DNA of 63,715 nt. It comes from Gammaproteobacteria bacterium. Lineage in GTDB: Bacteria > Pseudomonadota > Gammaproteobacteria > Eutrophobiales > Eutrophobiaceae. Location: assembly GCA_024278135.1 (NCBI GenBank), contig JAJRTU010000321.1, positions 1 through 63,715 of the forward strand, in the 5' to 3' direction. The translations under genes were made by a program, and so were the position numbers. The notes beneath the pieces are model-generated. The model did no database searches, was not told the DNA's origin, and saw only the letters and a list, made by a program, of their open reading frames with translations. Of the stretch, positions 29,073-40,619 are shown one piece after another; the first letter of the stretch is position 1; each line of letters opens with the position of its first letter.

Positions 29073-29548
29073 ACGAACAGATTGATGATCGTAATTTTGC
29101 TGTCACGACCGCTGATAATCTGGTGAACTGGGCACGTACCGGCTCTATGTGGCCGATGACCTTTGGTCTGGCCTGTTGTGCGATAGAAATGATGCACGCT
29201 GGCGCATCGCGTTATGATCTGGATCGTTTCGGTGTGATTTTTCGTCCCAGCCCACGCCAGTCAGATGTCATGATCATCGCCGGCACGCTCACCAATAAAA
29301 TGGCACCTGCCCTGCGCAAGGTCTATGAACAGATGCCGGAACCCCGCTGGGTGATTTCCATGGGATCCTGTGCCAATGGTGGTGGTTATTATCATTATTC
29401 CTATTCTGTCGTGCGCGGCTGTGACCGCATCGTTCCGGTTGATATATATGTCCCGGGCTGTCCGCCGACGGCGGAGGCTCTTTTATTTGGTATTATTCAA
29501 CTGCAAAAGAAAATCAAACGCACTGGCCAGAACACCTTTTTACGCTAA
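29063..29548 (+). CDS. nuoB: NADH-quinone oxidoreductase subunit B
   Basis: GLACCAIEM...[10 protein letters not shown]...VPGCPP ligands for the N2 [4Fe-4S] cluster. ATG at 29063 follows an AAGGAG SD. Confidence 0.95.
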   Translation: MGIDEQIDDRNFAVTTADNLVNWARTGSMWPMTFGLACCAIEMMHAGASRYDLDRFGVIFRPSPRQSDVMIIAGTLTNKMAPALRKVYEQMPEPRWVISMGSCANGGGYYHYSYSVVRGCDRIVPVDIYVPGCPPTAEALLFGIIQLQKKIKRTGQNTFLR

Positions 29549-29572
29549 TATCACCTTGAAGAAGTACTCAGT

Positions 29573-30265
29573 ATGACGGCAGCATTAAAAACGTTTCACG
29601 AGCAGTTACGCCAGCGATTTGGTGGCAAACTGCTTTCGTCGAAGATTGCCACTGGCCAGGTGACGCTGGAACTCGTACCCGCCAGCCTGATAGAAGTGTG
29701 TCGTGCCCTGCACGATGAAGAGCAATTTCTGTTTACGCAATTATCCGACCTGTGCGGCATAGATTATCTGGCCTATGGCCAGGTCGACTGGGAAACCCGG
29801 GAGACGAGCAGTACCGGTTTCAGCCGTGGTGTCAGTACCGGCGTTTACCTCGAGAACAAGGAGTTTAGCGCACGCTTTGCCGTGGTCTACCATCTCCTTT
29901 CAATAGAGCATAATCGTCGTGTCAGGCTGCGTTGTTTCATTGATGATGAGCCGGCACGTGTCAGTTCCGTCAGTTCTATCTGGTCCTCGGCAAACTGGTA
30001 TGAGAGAGAGACATTCGATCTGTTCGGCATTATGTTTGATGGGCACCCGGATCTCCGACGTATATTGACGGATTACGGTTTTATCGGGCATCCCTTCCGC
30101 AAGGATTTTCCTCTGGAAGGTAACGTTGAAGTACGTTACGACCCGGATAAAGGTCGTGTTGTCTATCAGCCCGTGACAATCAAAAACCGGGTATTGGTGC
30201 CAAGGGTAATCAGACAGGACAATCGCTGTGAAAATAGAGAAGATCTGAATACCGACAATGATTAG
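29573..30265 (+). CDS. nuoC: NADH-quinone oxidoreductase subunit C
   Basis: NWYERETFDLFGIMFDGHPDLRRILTDYGF signature. A separate gene from nuoD. Confidence 0.94.
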   Translation: MTAALKTFHEQLRQRFGGKLLSSKIATGQVTLELVPASLIEVCRALHDEEQFLFTQLSDLCGIDYLAYGQVDWETRETSSTGFSRGVSTGVYLENKEFSARFAVVYHLLSIEHNRRVRLRCFIDDEPARVSSVSSIWSSANWYERETFDLFGIMFDGHPDLRRILTDYGFIGHPFRKDFPLEGNVEVRYDPDKGRVVYQPVTIKNRVLVPRVIRQDNRCENREDLNTDND

Positions 30266-30301
30266 TTTTCGTTAATATGCAAGGATTTGGGTAGTTAATC
30301 G

Positions 30302-31555
30302 ATGCCAGAAATAAAAAACATAACAATGAATTTTGGGCCGCAGCATCCTGCCGCTCATGGTGTTTTGCGTCTGGTGCTGGAAATGGACGGTGAGGTGATC
30401 GAGCGTGCCGATCCGCATATTGGCCTGTTACATCGCGGTACCGAAAAGCTGGCCGAGAGCAAGCCCTACAACCAGAGTATCGGTTACATGAACAGGCTCG
30501 ATTATATTTCGATGATGTGTAACGAGCATGCCTATGTTCTGGCGATAGAAAAACTGCTGGGCATCACACCACCTGTACGTGCGCAGTATATCCGGGTCAT
30601 GTATGACGAGATTACACGGATATTGAATCATTTATTCTGGTTGAGTGCGCATGGTCTGGATCTGGGTGCCATGACCATATTTCTCTATTGTTTCAGGGAG
30701 CGCGAGGATCTGCTGGATTGTTATGAAGCGGTATCCGGGACGCGTATGCATGCCACCTATTATCGTCCAGGCGGGGTTTATCGCGATTTGCCGGCGACGA
30801 TGCCGCGCTACAGCACATCAAAATGGCATGATGAAAAGCAGGTGGCCGGAATGAACGAGAATCGGCAGGGTTCCCTGCTGGATTTTATCGACGATTTTAC
30901 CCGGCGTTTCCCTACCTGTATAGACGAATACGAAACGCTGCTGACCGATAATCGTATCTGGAAACAACGTACGGTCGGAATCGGTGTGGTATCGCCGGAA
31001 CGTGCGCTGCAGATGGGTTTTACCGGACCGATGTTACGTGGTTCCGGGGTGGAGTGGGACTTGCGCAAAAAGCAGCCTTATGAAGCTTATGCCGATCTGG
31101 ATTTTGATATAGCCGTCGGTGTGAACGGCGATTGTTACGATCGTTATCTGGTACGCATGGAAGAGATGCATCAGTCAAATAAAATCATCAAGCAATGTGT
31201 GGACTGGTTGCGGGCAAACCCCGGGCCGGTGATCCTGGATGATCATAAACTGGTGCCGCCGCGGCGCGAAAAAATGAAAGATGATATGGAATCATTGATT
31301 CATCATTTTAAATTATTTACCGAAGGTTATTGTGTGCCGGAAGGTGAAGTCTATGCGGCCGTGGAACATCCCAAGGGTGAACTTGGTGTTTATCTGGTTT
31401 CCGACGGTGCCAACAAGCCCTATCGGGTAAAGATTCGCACGACAGGCTTTGCGCATCTGTCATCGATGGATGAAATGGTGAAAGGCCATATGCTGGCTGA
31501 TGTGGTGGCGGTTATCGGTACTCTGGACATTGTTTTCGGTGATGTTGACAGATGA
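30302..31555 (+). CDS. nuoD: NADH-quinone oxidoreductase subunit D
   Basis: [22 protein letters not shown]...[12 protein letters not shown]. 417 aa. Confidence 0.96.
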   Translation: MPEIKNITMNFGPQHPAAHGVLRLVLEMDGEVIERADPHIGLLHRGTEKLAESKPYNQSIGYMNRLDYISMMCNEHAYVLAIEKLLGITPPVRAQYIRVMYDEITRILNHLFWLSAHGLDLGAMTIFLYCFREREDLLDCYEAVSGTRMHATYYRPGGVYRDLPATMPRYSTSKWHDEKQVAGMNENRQGSLLDFIDDFTRRFPTCIDEYETLLTDNRIWKQRTVGIGVVSPERALQMGFTGPMLRGSGVEWDLRKKQPYEAYADLDFDIAVGVNGDCYDRYLVRMEEMHQSNKIIKQCVDWLRANPGPVILDDHKLVPPRREKMKDDMESLIHHFKLFTEGYCVPEGEVYAAVEHPKGELGVYLVSDGANKPYRVKIRTTGFAHLSSMDEMVKGHMLADVVAVIGTLDIVFGDVDR

Positions 31556-31670
31556 AAAATCGCAGCCTTTTCTCCGATGACGCATTACAGTTTTTTTCCG
31601 AATTGTATGTATGCCGGTTTACGTATCTTGACTTGAAACAACATTCCCGCTTTTATCCTTTTTCAGAATT

Positions 31671-32168
31671 ATGACAGAAAGTATCAAAACCAGCTTGTCT
31701 GCGCATGCCCGTGAGGAGATTGATCACTGGATACGCAAATACCCGGCTGACCAGAAGCAATCTGCGGTGCTGGCAGCCCTGCGTGAAGTTCAGCACGAGA
31801 ATAACGGATACCTGACTACCGGGCTGATGGATGCCGTGGCTGAGTATCTCGATATGGCGCCCATTGCAGTCTACGAAGTGGCGTCCTTTTATTCCATGCT
31901 GGAAACCCGGGAGGTGGGACGTCACAGCATTTCTGTTTGCAACAATATTTCCTGCATGTTATGCGGTGGTGACGACATTATTAAGCATATCGAAAACAAG
32001 CTCGGTATCAAAATGGGTGAGTCAACGAAGGATGGTCGCTACTATCTGAAGCGCGAAGAAGAATGTCTGGCTGCCTGTTGCGCCGCACCGATGATGATGG
32101 TGGATCATGTTTATTACGAAAATCTCACCCCTGAGAAGGTGGATGACATTCTGGATGGACTGGACTGA
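31671..32168 (+). CDS. nuoE: NADH-quinone oxidoreductase subunit E
   Basis: Thioredoxin-like [2Fe-2S] pattern ([12 protein letters not shown]...[14 protein letters not shown]). Confidence 0.94.
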   Translation: MTESIKTSLSAHAREEIDHWIRKYPADQKQSAVLAALREVQHENNGYLTTGLMDAVAEYLDMAPIAVYEVASFYSMLETREVGRHSISVCNNISCMLCGGDDIIKHIENKLGIKMGESTKDGRYYLKREEECLAACCAAPMMMVDHVYYENLTPEKVDDILDGLD

Positions 32169-33475
32169 TGGCTGATAATAAATTCAACCAGGCCTGTTAT
32201 GCCACGCTGGACTACGATCAACCCTGGTTGCTTGAGAATTATTACAAGGTGGGCGGGTATGAAGCCTGGAAAAAGATCATTCGTGAGCAAATACCACCAG
32301 CCCGGATTATTGACGAAATCAAGGCCTCCGGTTTGCGCGGTCGTGGCGGCGCAGGTTTCCCCACAGGACTGAAGTGGAGCTTCATGTCACCGGATGTGCC
32401 GGGACAAAAATATGCCGTCTGCAACTCAGATGAAAGTGAACCCGGTACCTGCAAGGATCGGGACATCCTGCGCTTTAATCCCCATGCTTTGATTGAAGGT
32501 ATGGCGATTGGCTGTTATGCCATGGGAGCAACGGTGGGTTATAACTATATCCGTGGCGAGTTTATGGATGAGCCTTTCAAGCGCTTTGAAAATGCACTGA
32601 AAGAAGCCTATGCAAAAGGCTATCTCGGCAAAGGTGTGATGGGTTCCGAAGTAGAGGTGGATCTGTACGCGAGCCTCGGTGCGGGTGCCTATATCTGCGG
32701 GGAAGAGACTGCCTTGCTGGAATCCCTGGAAGGGAAAAAAGGGCAACCTCGGTTTAAACCGCCATTTCCGGCCAACTATGGACTCTACGGTCTGCCGACC
32801 ACCATTAACAATACTGAATCGTTCGCGTCCGTGCCGATGATCATGCACAAAGGTGCGCAGTGGTTTAATAATACGGGCGTGGAAAACAGTGGCGGCACCA
32901 AGTGTTTCTCCGTCAGTGGACATGTCAATAATCCAGGCAACTTTGAAGTGCCCATGGGTCTGCCTTTCAGGGAACTGCTGGAGATGGCCGGCGGTGTTCG
33001 TCAGGGCCACGTGCTCAAGGCAGTTATCCCCGGCGGTTCGTCTGTACCGGTTCTACCGGGTGAGCAGATGATGGAAGCCAATATGGATTATGACTCCATT
33101 CAGAAGGCCGGTTCCATGCTGGGTTCGGGTGCTGTTGTGGTGATGGATGAAACAACTTGTATGGTACGTGTGCTGCAGCGCATCGCACGTTTCTATTTTT
33201 CCGAATCCTGCGGTCAATGCACCCCCTGCCGGGAAGGTACAGGTTGGATGTATCGTGTTATCACCCGGATTGTAGAGGGCAGCGGTACGGAGGAAGACAT
33301 GGACGGACTGGTCGATGTCGCCAACAAGATTGAGGGTCGCACTATATGTGCATTGGGTGATGCAGCCGCCTGGCCGGTACAGAGTTTTATTAAACATTAT
33401 CGCCATGAGTTCGAATACATGGTGCAGAACAAAGGGCGCAGTATTGTTGACAGCCCGGAGTATAAAGCAGCGTAG
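32168..33475 (+). CDS. nuoF: NADH-quinone oxidoreductase subunit F
   Basis: [16 protein letters not shown] (NADH/FMN), [19 protein letters not shown] and [12 protein letters not shown] (N3 cluster). Confidence 0.96.
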   Translation: MADNKFNQACYATLDYDQPWLLENYYKVGGYEAWKKIIREQIPPARIIDEIKASGLRGRGGAGFPTGLKWSFMSPDVPGQKYAVCNSDESEPGTCKDRDILRFNPHALIEGMAIGCYAMGATVGYNYIRGEFMDEPFKRFENALKEAYAKGYLGKGVMGSEVEVDLYASLGAGAYICGEETALLESLEGKKGQPRFKPPFPANYGLYGLPTTINNTESFASVPMIMHKGAQWFNNTGVENSGGTKCFSVSGHVNNPGNFEVPMGLPFRELLEMAGGVRQGHVLKAVIPGGSSVPVLPGEQMMEANMDYDSIQKAGSMLGSGAVVVMDETTCMVRVLQRIARFYFSESCGQCTPCREGTGWMYRVITRIVEGSGTEEDMDGLVDVANKIEGRTICALGDAAAWPVQSFIKHYRHEFEYMVQNKGRSIVDSPEYKAA

Positions 33476-33499
33476 ATATTGAAAAGCACGAAGAATTAA

Positions 33500-35875
33500 A
33501 TGAGTGAAGATACGATAACAATCGAAATAGACGGTGAGCCGGTAGAAGCGCGTCGGGGGCAAATGCTGATTGAGCTTACCGATGCACATGGCAGCTATGT
33601 GCCACGTTTCTGCTATCACCGGAAATTATCGGTTGCCGCCAGTTGCCGTATGTGTCTGGTGGAAGTGGAAAAGGCACCCAAGCCGCTGCCGGCCTGTGCC
33701 ACGCCGGTGATGGATGGCATGAAAGTAAAGACCCGTTCAGACTATGCCAGGCAGGCGCAGAAGTCGGTGATGGAATTTTTGCTCATTAACCACCCTCTCG
33801 ACTGTCCCATTTGTGATCAGGGAGGCGAATGCGAATTACAGGATCTTGCCATGGGTTATGGTAATGATGTTTCGCGTTACCAGGAAAGAAAACGGGTCGT
33901 AAAAGACAAGGATATCGGGCCACTGATACAAACTGAAATGACCCGCTGTATCCATTGCACCCGTTGTATACGTTTTGGTGAGGAGATTGCCGGGGTGCAG
34001 GAACTGGGTGCGGTCGGTCGTGGCGAAAACATGCAGATTAGCACCTATGTTGAGAAGAGCATGAGCTCAGAGATGTCCGGTAATATTATTGATTTATGTC
34101 CGGTGGGTGCACTGACCTCCAAACCTTTCAGATTTTCAGCACGCAGTTGGGAAATGAAACAGCTGCCGGGTATCGCTCCACATGACCCGGTGGGATCCAA
34201 TGTGCATTTTCATATCAGGAATGACCGGGTCTTACGTGTGGTGCCGGCAGAAAATGAAAACATTAATGAAGTCTGGTTGTCGGATCGGGATCGCTTCAGT
34301 TACGAAGCGCTGTATAGCGATGACAGGCTGACAATACCCAGGATCAAAATTGACGGTCAGTGGCAGGAAGTGGACTGGGATACCGCCCTGGAAGCGGTAA
34401 AGGATCGCCTGCAGGGCGTGATGGGCAAAAATGGCGCCGAAAAAGTGGGTGCTCTGGTTTCCGCAACTTCCAGTTCGGAGGAAATATATCTTCTGCAAAA
34501 GCTCATGCGTGATCTGGGATCGAATAACATCGATCATCGTCTTACCCAGGTTGATTTTGGCGATGAAGACAAGGCCCCCGCCTTCCCCTGCCTGGGGCAG
34601 TCTATTGCCGAGCTTGATAATCTCAATGCCGCCCTCATTGTTGGTGGCAATTTGCGCAAAGACCAGCCTATTCTCAATCATCGCCTGCGTAAAGCCTGCC
34701 TCAAAGGCGCCGATATCATGCAATTGAATCCGCTGGCCTATGAATTCAATTATGATCTTGCCGCTGAATTGATTGTTTCACCGGCGGAGATGCCGGGCCA
34801 CCTTGCCGCCATCCTGAAGGCCTTGCTTGGTGGCGCAGATGCCGGTGATCAGGTCAGGGAATTGCTGGCAAACGTAGATGTTGAAGCAATACATTCAGAC
34901 ATCGCCGCTAAACTTAAGGAGGCAGAGTCGGCAACGGTATTGTTGGGTTCGCTTTGTGACAGCCATCCCCAGTTTGCGACTATCCGTGCTTTGGCAAGTC
35001 TGGTCGCCACCCACAGCGGTTCCACCCTGGGTCATACGGGTATTGCCGTGAACACTGCCGGTGCCTGGCAGGCAGGTGCCGTACCCCATCGTGGGCCGGG
35101 TGGCGTTGCGGTCGCCAGAGCGGGCCTTAATGCGGTCAGTATGCTCGAACAAGCACTGCCGGCCTACCTCATATACAACGTCGAACCGGAACTGGATTGC
35201 CAGAATGCCGGTATGGCCGTGCAGGCGATGACTTCGGCGGAATGTGTTATTGCATTCACCTCCTATGCTTCGCAGGCGCTGCAGGATTTTGCTGATGTAC
35301 TCCTGCCCCTGGCCCAGTTCGCTGAGAATGAAGGTAGCTACATCAATGTAGAAGGTCAGCAACAAAGCTTCACCGGCGCTGTTGAACCCCCGGGTGAGGC
35401 CCGGCCCGGCTGGAGAATCCTGCGAGTCCTGGGAAATAAATTTGAGTTCGATGGTTATCAGTACAATACTCTCGATGAAGTCGCTGCGGAACTGGGCGGT
35501 CTTATTGGCGATACGTCGCCTGATATGCAGAGCGAATGGACTTTGCCGACATCTTTGCCCGGAGGCAATGGTCGTTTACAAAGACTGAGCGATGTACCGA
35601 TGAATACGGCAGATGCCCTTGTGCGGCGGGCGAAGTCATTGCAGATGACAGAGGATGTGGCTGATGGCGCGGTACACATCAACAGCGCGTTGGCGAAGCA
35701 GCTGGGTCTGTCAGATCAGAAAGAAGTCAGGGCGGAGCAGGATGATATGGCATTGACCTTGCCGTTGGTGGTGGATGATCGTCTGCCTGACGCCTGTGTG
35801 CTTATTCAGGCCAAGCATCCTCAAAGTGCAGCTCTGGGGACCTGGTTTGCCGACATTACACTTGGGAAGGCCTGA
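33500..35875 (+). CDS. nuoG: NADH-quinone oxidoreductase subunit G
   Basis: N-terminal 2Fe-2S ([19 protein letters not shown]), [18 protein letters not shown] and [10 protein letters not shown] clusters, plus a molybdopterin-like domain. 791 aa. Confidence 0.95.
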   Translation: MSEDTITIEIDGEPVEARRGQMLIELTDAHGSYVPRFCYHRKLSVAASCRMCLVEVEKAPKPLPACATPVMDGMKVKTRSDYARQAQKSVMEFLLINHPLDCPICDQGGECELQDLAMGYGNDVSRYQERKRVVKDKDIGPLIQTEMTRCIHCTRCIRFGEEIAGVQELGAVGRGENMQISTYVEKSMSSEMSGNIIDLCPVGALTSKPFRFSARSWEMKQLPGIAPHDPVGSNVHFHIRNDRVLRVVPAENENINEVWLSDRDRFSYEALYSDDRLTIPRIKIDGQWQEVDWDTALEAVKDRLQGVMGKNGAEKVGALVSATSSSEEIYLLQKLMRDLGSNNIDHRLTQVDFGDEDKAPAFPCLGQSIAELDNLNAALIVGGNLRKDQPILNHRLRKACLKGADIMQLNPLAYEFNYDLAAELIVSPAEMPGHLAAILKALLGGADAGDQVRELLANVDVEAIHSDIAAKLKEAESATVLLGSLCDSHPQFATIRALASLVATHSGSTLGHTGIAVNTAGAWQAGAVPHRGPGGVAVARAGLNAVSMLEQALPAYLIYNVEPELDCQNAGMAVQAMTSAECVIAFTSYASQALQDFADVLLPLAQFAENEGSYINVEGQQQSFTGAVEPPGEARPGWRILRVLGNKFEFDGYQYNTLDEVAAELGGLIGDTSPDMQSEWTLPTSLPGGNGRLQRLSDVPMNTADALVRRAKSLQMTEDVADGAVHINSALAKQLGLSDQKEVRAEQDDMALTLPLVVDDRLPDACVLIQAKHPQSAALGTWFADITLGKA

Positions 35876-35877
35876 TT

Positions 35878-36978
35878 GTGATTGAATTTATCTACGAATT
35901 TTTCAGGAACTCACTATTGGAGCCGGTCGTTACCTTGATCGTGCCCGATGCCATAGAAGCAGAGACGCTTTATATTGTGGAAATCCTGATCAAGATACTG
36001 GCCATCCTGCTGCCTGTGCTGGCAGCAGTAGCCTACACTACCTATGCCGAACGTAAAATAATCGGTTCCATCCAGGGCCGTATCGGACCCAACAGGGTTG
36101 GTTTTTTTGGCCTCAGTCTGTGGGGGCTGGGTCAGCCCATCGCCGATGCGGTAAAGCTGATTTTCAAGGAAATCATCATTCCTTCCGATGCGAACAAGTT
36201 TCTCTTTGTCGCGGCTCCCGTGTTGTCCCTGGCCCCTTCACTGGCAGCCTGGGCGGTGATCCCCTTTTCCGATACATTGGTTCTGGCGGACATTAATGCG
36301 GGCCTGTTGTACATACTGGCGCTGACTTCACTGGCTGTATACGGTGTCATTATTGCCGGCTGGTCTTCCAATTCCAAATATGCCTTTCTTGGCGCAATGC
36401 GCTCTGTTGCACAGATTGTTTCCTACGAGATTGCCATGGGCTTTGCCCTGGTGGGTGTATTGATTGCGGCAGGCAGTCTCAACCTCGGTAATATCGTGAT
36501 GGCCCAGAACGGCAGTATACTGCACTGGTTCTGGTTGCCTTTATTTCCTCTTTTTCTGATTTATTTTATTTCCGGCGTAGCCGAAACCAATCGTGCACCT
36601 TTTGACGTTGCAGAGGGTGAATCCGAAATCGTAGCCGGTTTTCATGTTGAATATGGCGGTATGGCTTTTTCCATTTTCTTCATGGCCGAATACGCCAACA
36701 TGATAATGGTTTCGACATTAACCGCGTTGATGTTTTGCGGTGGCTGGTTGTCTCCTTTCCAGGGTATACCCGTAATAGGTGAACCCAGTATTCTCTGGTT
36801 GTTGCTAAAGATATCATTTTTCCTGTTTTTGTTTTTATGGTTCCGGGCTACCTTTCCGCGCTATCGTTATGACCAGATCATGCGTCTGGGATGGAAGGTG
36901 TTTATTCCCATCACGATAGTCTGGTTGGTGGTCGTGGCGGTACTGGTGGTCGGACAGATCCCGCCCTGGTTCAGTTAG
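35878..36978 (+). CDS. nuoH: NADH-quinone oxidoreductase subunit H
   Basis: [20 protein letters not shown]...[16 protein letters not shown] signature. GTG start 2 nt after the nuoG stop. Confidence 0.95.
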   Translation: MIEFIYEFFRNSLLEPVVTLIVPDAIEAETLYIVEILIKILAILLPVLAAVAYTTYAERKIIGSIQGRIGPNRVGFFGLSLWGLGQPIADAVKLIFKEIIIPSDANKFLFVAAPVLSLAPSLAAWAVIPFSDTLVLADINAGLLYILALTSLAVYGVIIAGWSSNSKYAFLGAMRSVAQIVSYEIAMGFALVGVLIAAGSLNLGNIVMAQNGSILHWFWLPLFPLFLIYFISGVAETNRAPFDVAEGESEIVAGFHVEYGGMAFSIFFMAEYANMIMVSTLTALMFCGGWLSPFQGIPVIGEPSILWLLLKISFFLFLFLWFRATFPRYRYDQIMRLGWKVFIPITIVWLVVVAVLVVGQIPPWFS

Positions 36979-36997
36979 AAGGTTTATAGATAGACGA

Positions 36998-37489
36998 ATG
37001 TTACAGAGCGTAAAAAATTATCTTCAAAGCCTGGTACTGTGGGAATTGATCAAGGGCCTGCAGCTTACCGGTGTATATCTTTTTAAACGTAAAATTACGG
37101 TGCAATATCCGGAAGAGAAAACACCGCAGTCAGCTCGTTTTCGAGGACTGCATGCATTACGGCGCTATCCCAATGGCGAGGAACGTTGCATCGCCTGCAA
37201 GTTATGTGAAGCGGTATGCCCGGCCCTGGCCATTACCATTGACTCTGAACAGCGGGAGGATGGCAGTCGTCGCACGACGCGTTACGATATTGATTTGGGC
37301 AAGTGTATTTTTTGCGGCTTTTGCGAAGAATCCTGTCCGGTGGATTCCATTGTGGAAACACGTATTTTTGAGTATCACGGTGAAAAACGTGAGGATCTGC
37401 TGATGACCAAGGAAAAATTGCTGGCAACAGGGGACAGGGTGGAAGCGCAAATAGCGGAAGACCGGGCCAATGAGGCGATATATCGATAA
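36998..37489 (+). CDS. nuoI: NADH-quinone oxidoreductase subunit I
   Basis: Two ferredoxin motifs, [12 protein letters not shown] and [12 protein letters not shown]. Confidence 0.95.
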   Translation: MLQSVKNYLQSLVLWELIKGLQLTGVYLFKRKITVQYPEEKTPQSARFRGLHALRRYPNGEERCIACKLCEAVCPALAITIDSEQREDGSRRTTRYDIDLGKCIFCGFCEESCPVDSIVETRIFEYHGEKREDLLMTKEKLLATGDRVEAQIAEDRANEAIYR

Positions 37490-37649
37490 GTGACGGGTCG
37501 ATGAACACTAATTACAGACAGGAATTTAACTCAATATGTTCGCAGCCGGTACTGAGAAAGATCAGCCGCAAAGTGCAGCCCGTGACCATGCGCTTTGCTT
37601 TTTTCGAGGTCGCATTTTGGGATTGACGATTAACCAGTAACGAAAAACT

Positions 37650-38249
37650 ATGCTCGAATCTTTTATATTTTATTGTTTCGCCGCCTTGTTGATTTTTTCA
37701 GCCAGTATGGTGGTGACCATGCGCAATCCGGTGCATGCGGCCCTGTTCCTGGTGTTGTCTTTCTTCATCAGCGCAGCAATCTGGCTGTTATTGCAGGCCG
37801 AGTTTCTGGCCATCGTGCTGGTACTGGTCTATGTCGGTGCGGTCATGGTCCTGTTTCTGTTTGTCATCATGATGCTGGACATCAATTTGACGGTATTGCG
37901 GGAAGGCTTTGCCCGATATCTGCCGGTAGGCGTGGGTGTGGCTATATTGATGATGATTTCCATGGGTTTGATCGTGGGTTCAGGACAGTTTGATATAGGA
38001 CAGGCTGCCAATGCCTTGCAGGCTGATCCGAACTACAGTAATACTCGAGAGCTCGGGCAGGCCCTGTACACGGATTATCTTTATCCTTTTGAGATTGCCG
38101 GGGCCATTTTACTGGTCGCGATTATTGCGGCGATATCACTGAGCATACGCAGGCCGCGGACGAAAAAGACGCCCAAACCCGAAAATCAGGTATCGGTGAA
38201 GAGAAGTGAACGGGTCAGACTGGTCAAGATGGAGGCTGACAAACAATGA
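37650..38249 (+). CDS. nuoJ: NADH-quinone oxidoreductase subunit J
   Basis: Polytopic membrane protein with RNPVHAALFLVL and YVGAVMVLFLFVIMML, in the correct operon position. Confidence 0.92.
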   Translation: MLESFIFYCFAALLIFSASMVVTMRNPVHAALFLVLSFFISAAIWLLLQAEFLAIVLVLVYVGAVMVLFLFVIMMLDINLTVLREGFARYLPVGVGVAILMMISMGLIVGSGQFDIGQAANALQADPNYSNTRELGQALYTDYLYPFEIAGAILLVAIIAAISLSIRRPRTKKTPKPENQVSVKRSERVRLVKMEADKQ

Positions 38250-38328
38250 TGTCACTGGACGTTGAGCGCCGGATACGGTCAAGCTGCTTTTCCGACAGGC
38301 AAATGATCATTCATGAAGGAAGCAAAGC

Positions 38329-38634
38329 ATGTTAGTACTGTCCGATTTTTTGATTCTGGCCGCCATTCTCTTTTGTATCAGTGTGGCTGGTATTTTTATC
38401 AACCGTAAAAACGTCATTATATTGTTGATGTGTATTGAGTTGATGCTGTTGTCAGTGAACATGAACTTTATTGCTTTCTCGCACTTTCTGGGTGACATAG
38501 GCGGACAAATATTTGTATTTTTTATTTTAACCGTGGCGGCTGCCGAGTCCGCCATTGGTCTCGCCATCATGGTGGTTCTGTTTCGAAACCGGCACACCAT
38601 CAATGTCGCTGATCTGAACAGCATGAAGGGATAA
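38329..38634 (+). CDS. nuoK: NADH-quinone oxidoreductase subunit K
   Basis: 101-aa, 3-TM protein with IELMLLSVN...[11 protein letters not shown]. Confidence 0.94.
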   Translation: MLVLSDFLILAAILFCISVAGIFINRKNVIILLMCIELMLLSVNMNFIAFSHFLGDIGGQIFVFFILTVAAAESAIGLAIMVVLFRNRHTINVADLNSMKG

Positions 38635-38636
38635 AC

Positions 38637-40607
38637 ATGTTCGAGAATATGGAAAATATTTATCTGGCCATTGTTATATCACCATTGCTTGGTTCTATTC
38701 TCGCTGGTCTTGGTGGTCGCCTGATTGGTCGTTCCGGTGCCCACTGGGTCACGATTATCGGCGTCGGTATTTCATCGATATTGTCGATGATCGCTTATAA
38801 ACACATTGTTTTCGATGGGGGAGAGGTGTTTAACCAGACCCTTTACACCTGGTTGAGTATCGGCAGCCTGGATTTGAATGTGGGCTTTCTGGTGGATCGC
38901 CTGTCGGTGACCATGATGGTTGTGGTGACCTTTGTTTCATGGATGATTCATATCTACACCATCGGCTATATGCATGATGACCCCGGTTATCAGCGTTTTT
39001 TCAGCTATATCTCCCTGTTCACCTTTGCCATGTTGATGCTGGTGATGTCGAACAATTTCATGCAACTGTTTTTCGGCTGGGAAGGCGTGGGCCTGGTGTC
39101 CTATCTGCTCATCGGTTTCTGGTACAAAAAGAAGACGGCGATCTTTGCCAACCTGAAGGCCTTTCTGGTCAACCGAGTGGGTGATTTCGGTTTTCTTCTG
39201 GGTATTGCCGGTGTGTTGCTGTACTTCGGCAGTCTCGACTATATCGAGGTTTTCAACGGCACCCCCGCTGTGGCCGGTCTGAGCATGGAAATATTCAGCG
39301 GCCATGAGTGGTCGGTGATGACCGTGATCTGTATTTGTCTGTTTATCGGTGCCATGGGTAAATCGGCACAGGTTCCACTGCATGTCTGGTTACCGGACTC
39401 CATGGAAGGTCCGACACCCATCTCCGCCCTGATCCATGCTGCGACGATGGTCACGGCCGGCATCTTCATGGTTTCGCGGATGTCGCCCCTGTTTGAATTG
39501 TCGGAGACAGCCCTGAGTTTCGTCCTGGTTATCGGTGCCATCACTGCACTTTTTATGGGTTTGCTGGGGCTGGTGCAAAATGACATCAAACGTGTCATTG
39601 CTTATTCCACTTTATCACAGCTCGGTTATATGACGGTGGCCCTGGGCGCATCCGCATACGCCGCAGCGATGTTTCATCTGGTAACCCATGCCTTTTTCAA
39701 GGCCCTGCTTTTCCTGGCAGCCGGCTCCGTTATTATCGGCATGCATCATGAGCAGGATATGCGCAAGATGGGCGGGCTCTATAAATATATGCCCATCACC
39801 TGGTTTACATCGCTGGTCGGTTCGCTTGCCCTGATAGGTTTCCCCGGGACCTCCGGTTTCTTTTCCAAGGACGCCATTATCGAGGCGGTACGCGACTCTC
39901 ACCTGGCCGGTTCCGGTTTTGCCTATTTCGCGGTAGTCGCCGGTGTTTTTATAACGGCTTTATATACTTTTCGGCTGTTCTTTTTGACCTTTCATGGCAA
40001 GGAACGTATTGACAAACACATCTGGGAACATCTGCATGAGTCACCCAAAGTGGTTACTGTGCCGCTGGCGGTACTGGCAATACCCTCGGTTATTATTGGT
40101 GCTTTCCTGATTGGTCCCATGCTTTTTCAGGGTTATTTTGCCGACGCCATTTTTGTATCTCCAGCCCATGATGTTCTGGGAGAAATCGGTAAGGATTATC
40201 ATGGTCTCTGGGGATTTACCCTGCACGCCTTCAAGGCGGCGCCGGTCTATCTTGCCTTTGCCGGTGTGCTGACGGCCTGGTTGCTTTACATTAAGTTTCC
40301 GCATATACCGGCGCAACTCTCACAACGCTTTGGTCTTTTGCACAAGTTATTGCTGGAGAAGTACTTTTTCGACGATTTCAATCAGACTGTTTTTGCCGGC
40401 GGTACCAGAAAGATAGGGCAGTTATTATGGCGTATTGGTGATGTGCGCGTTATCGATGGCTTTTTTGTAAATGGGACGGCTGTGACTGTGCGCTGGTTTT
40501 CCAGTGTCGTACGGACACTGCAATCCGGTTACCTTTACGACTATGCCTTTGCCATGATCATCGGTCTGTTGTTATTGCTGGCGGTTTTCGTACATCAACT
40601 GTTTTGA
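38637..40607 (+). CDS. nuoL: NADH-quinone oxidoreductase subunit L
   Basis: Antiporter-like subunit (FFGWEGVGLVSYLLIGFW, KSAQVPLHVWLPDSMEGPTPISALIHAATMVTAG). 656 aa. Confidence 0.95.
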   Translation: MFENMENIYLAIVISPLLGSILAGLGGRLIGRSGAHWVTIIGVGISSILSMIAYKHIVFDGGEVFNQTLYTWLSIGSLDLNVGFLVDRLSVTMMVVVTFVSWMIHIYTIGYMHDDPGYQRFFSYISLFTFAMLMLVMSNNFMQLFFGWEGVGLVSYLLIGFWYKKKTAIFANLKAFLVNRVGDFGFLLGIAGVLLYFGSLDYIEVFNGTPAVAGLSMEIFSGHEWSVMTVICICLFIGAMGKSAQVPLHVWLPDSMEGPTPISALIHAATMVTAGIFMVSRMSPLFELSETALSFVLVIGAITALFMGLLGLVQNDIKRVIAYSTLSQLGYMTVALGASAYAAAMFHLVTHAFFKALLFLAAGSVIIGMHHEQDMRKMGGLYKYMPITWFTSLVGSLALIGFPGTSGFFSKDAIIEAVRDSHLAGSGFAYFAVVAGVFITALYTFRLFFLTFHGKERIDKHIWEHLHESPKVVTVPLAVLAIPSVIIGAFLIGPMLFQGYFADAIFVSPAHDVLGEIGKDYHGLWGFTLHAFKAAPVYLAFAGVLTAWLLYIKFPHIPAQLSQRFGLLHKLLLEKYFFDDFNQTVFAGGTRKIGQLLWRIGDVRVIDGFFVNGTAVTVRWFSSVVRTLQSGYLYDYAFAMIIGLLLLLAVFVHQLF

Positions 40608-40619
40608 GTTATATTTCAC

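Noticed and set aside
37490-37649. 160-bp gap between nuoI and nuoJ containing a possible 33-codon ORF (ATG ~37546). Smaller gaps lie between nuoD and nuoE (31556-31670) and between nuoJ and nuoK (38250-38328).
   Set aside because: The ORF has no SD and an unremarkable peptide. I found no stable hairpin or repeat, so there is nothing to support a gene or regulatory element beyond spacer sequence.
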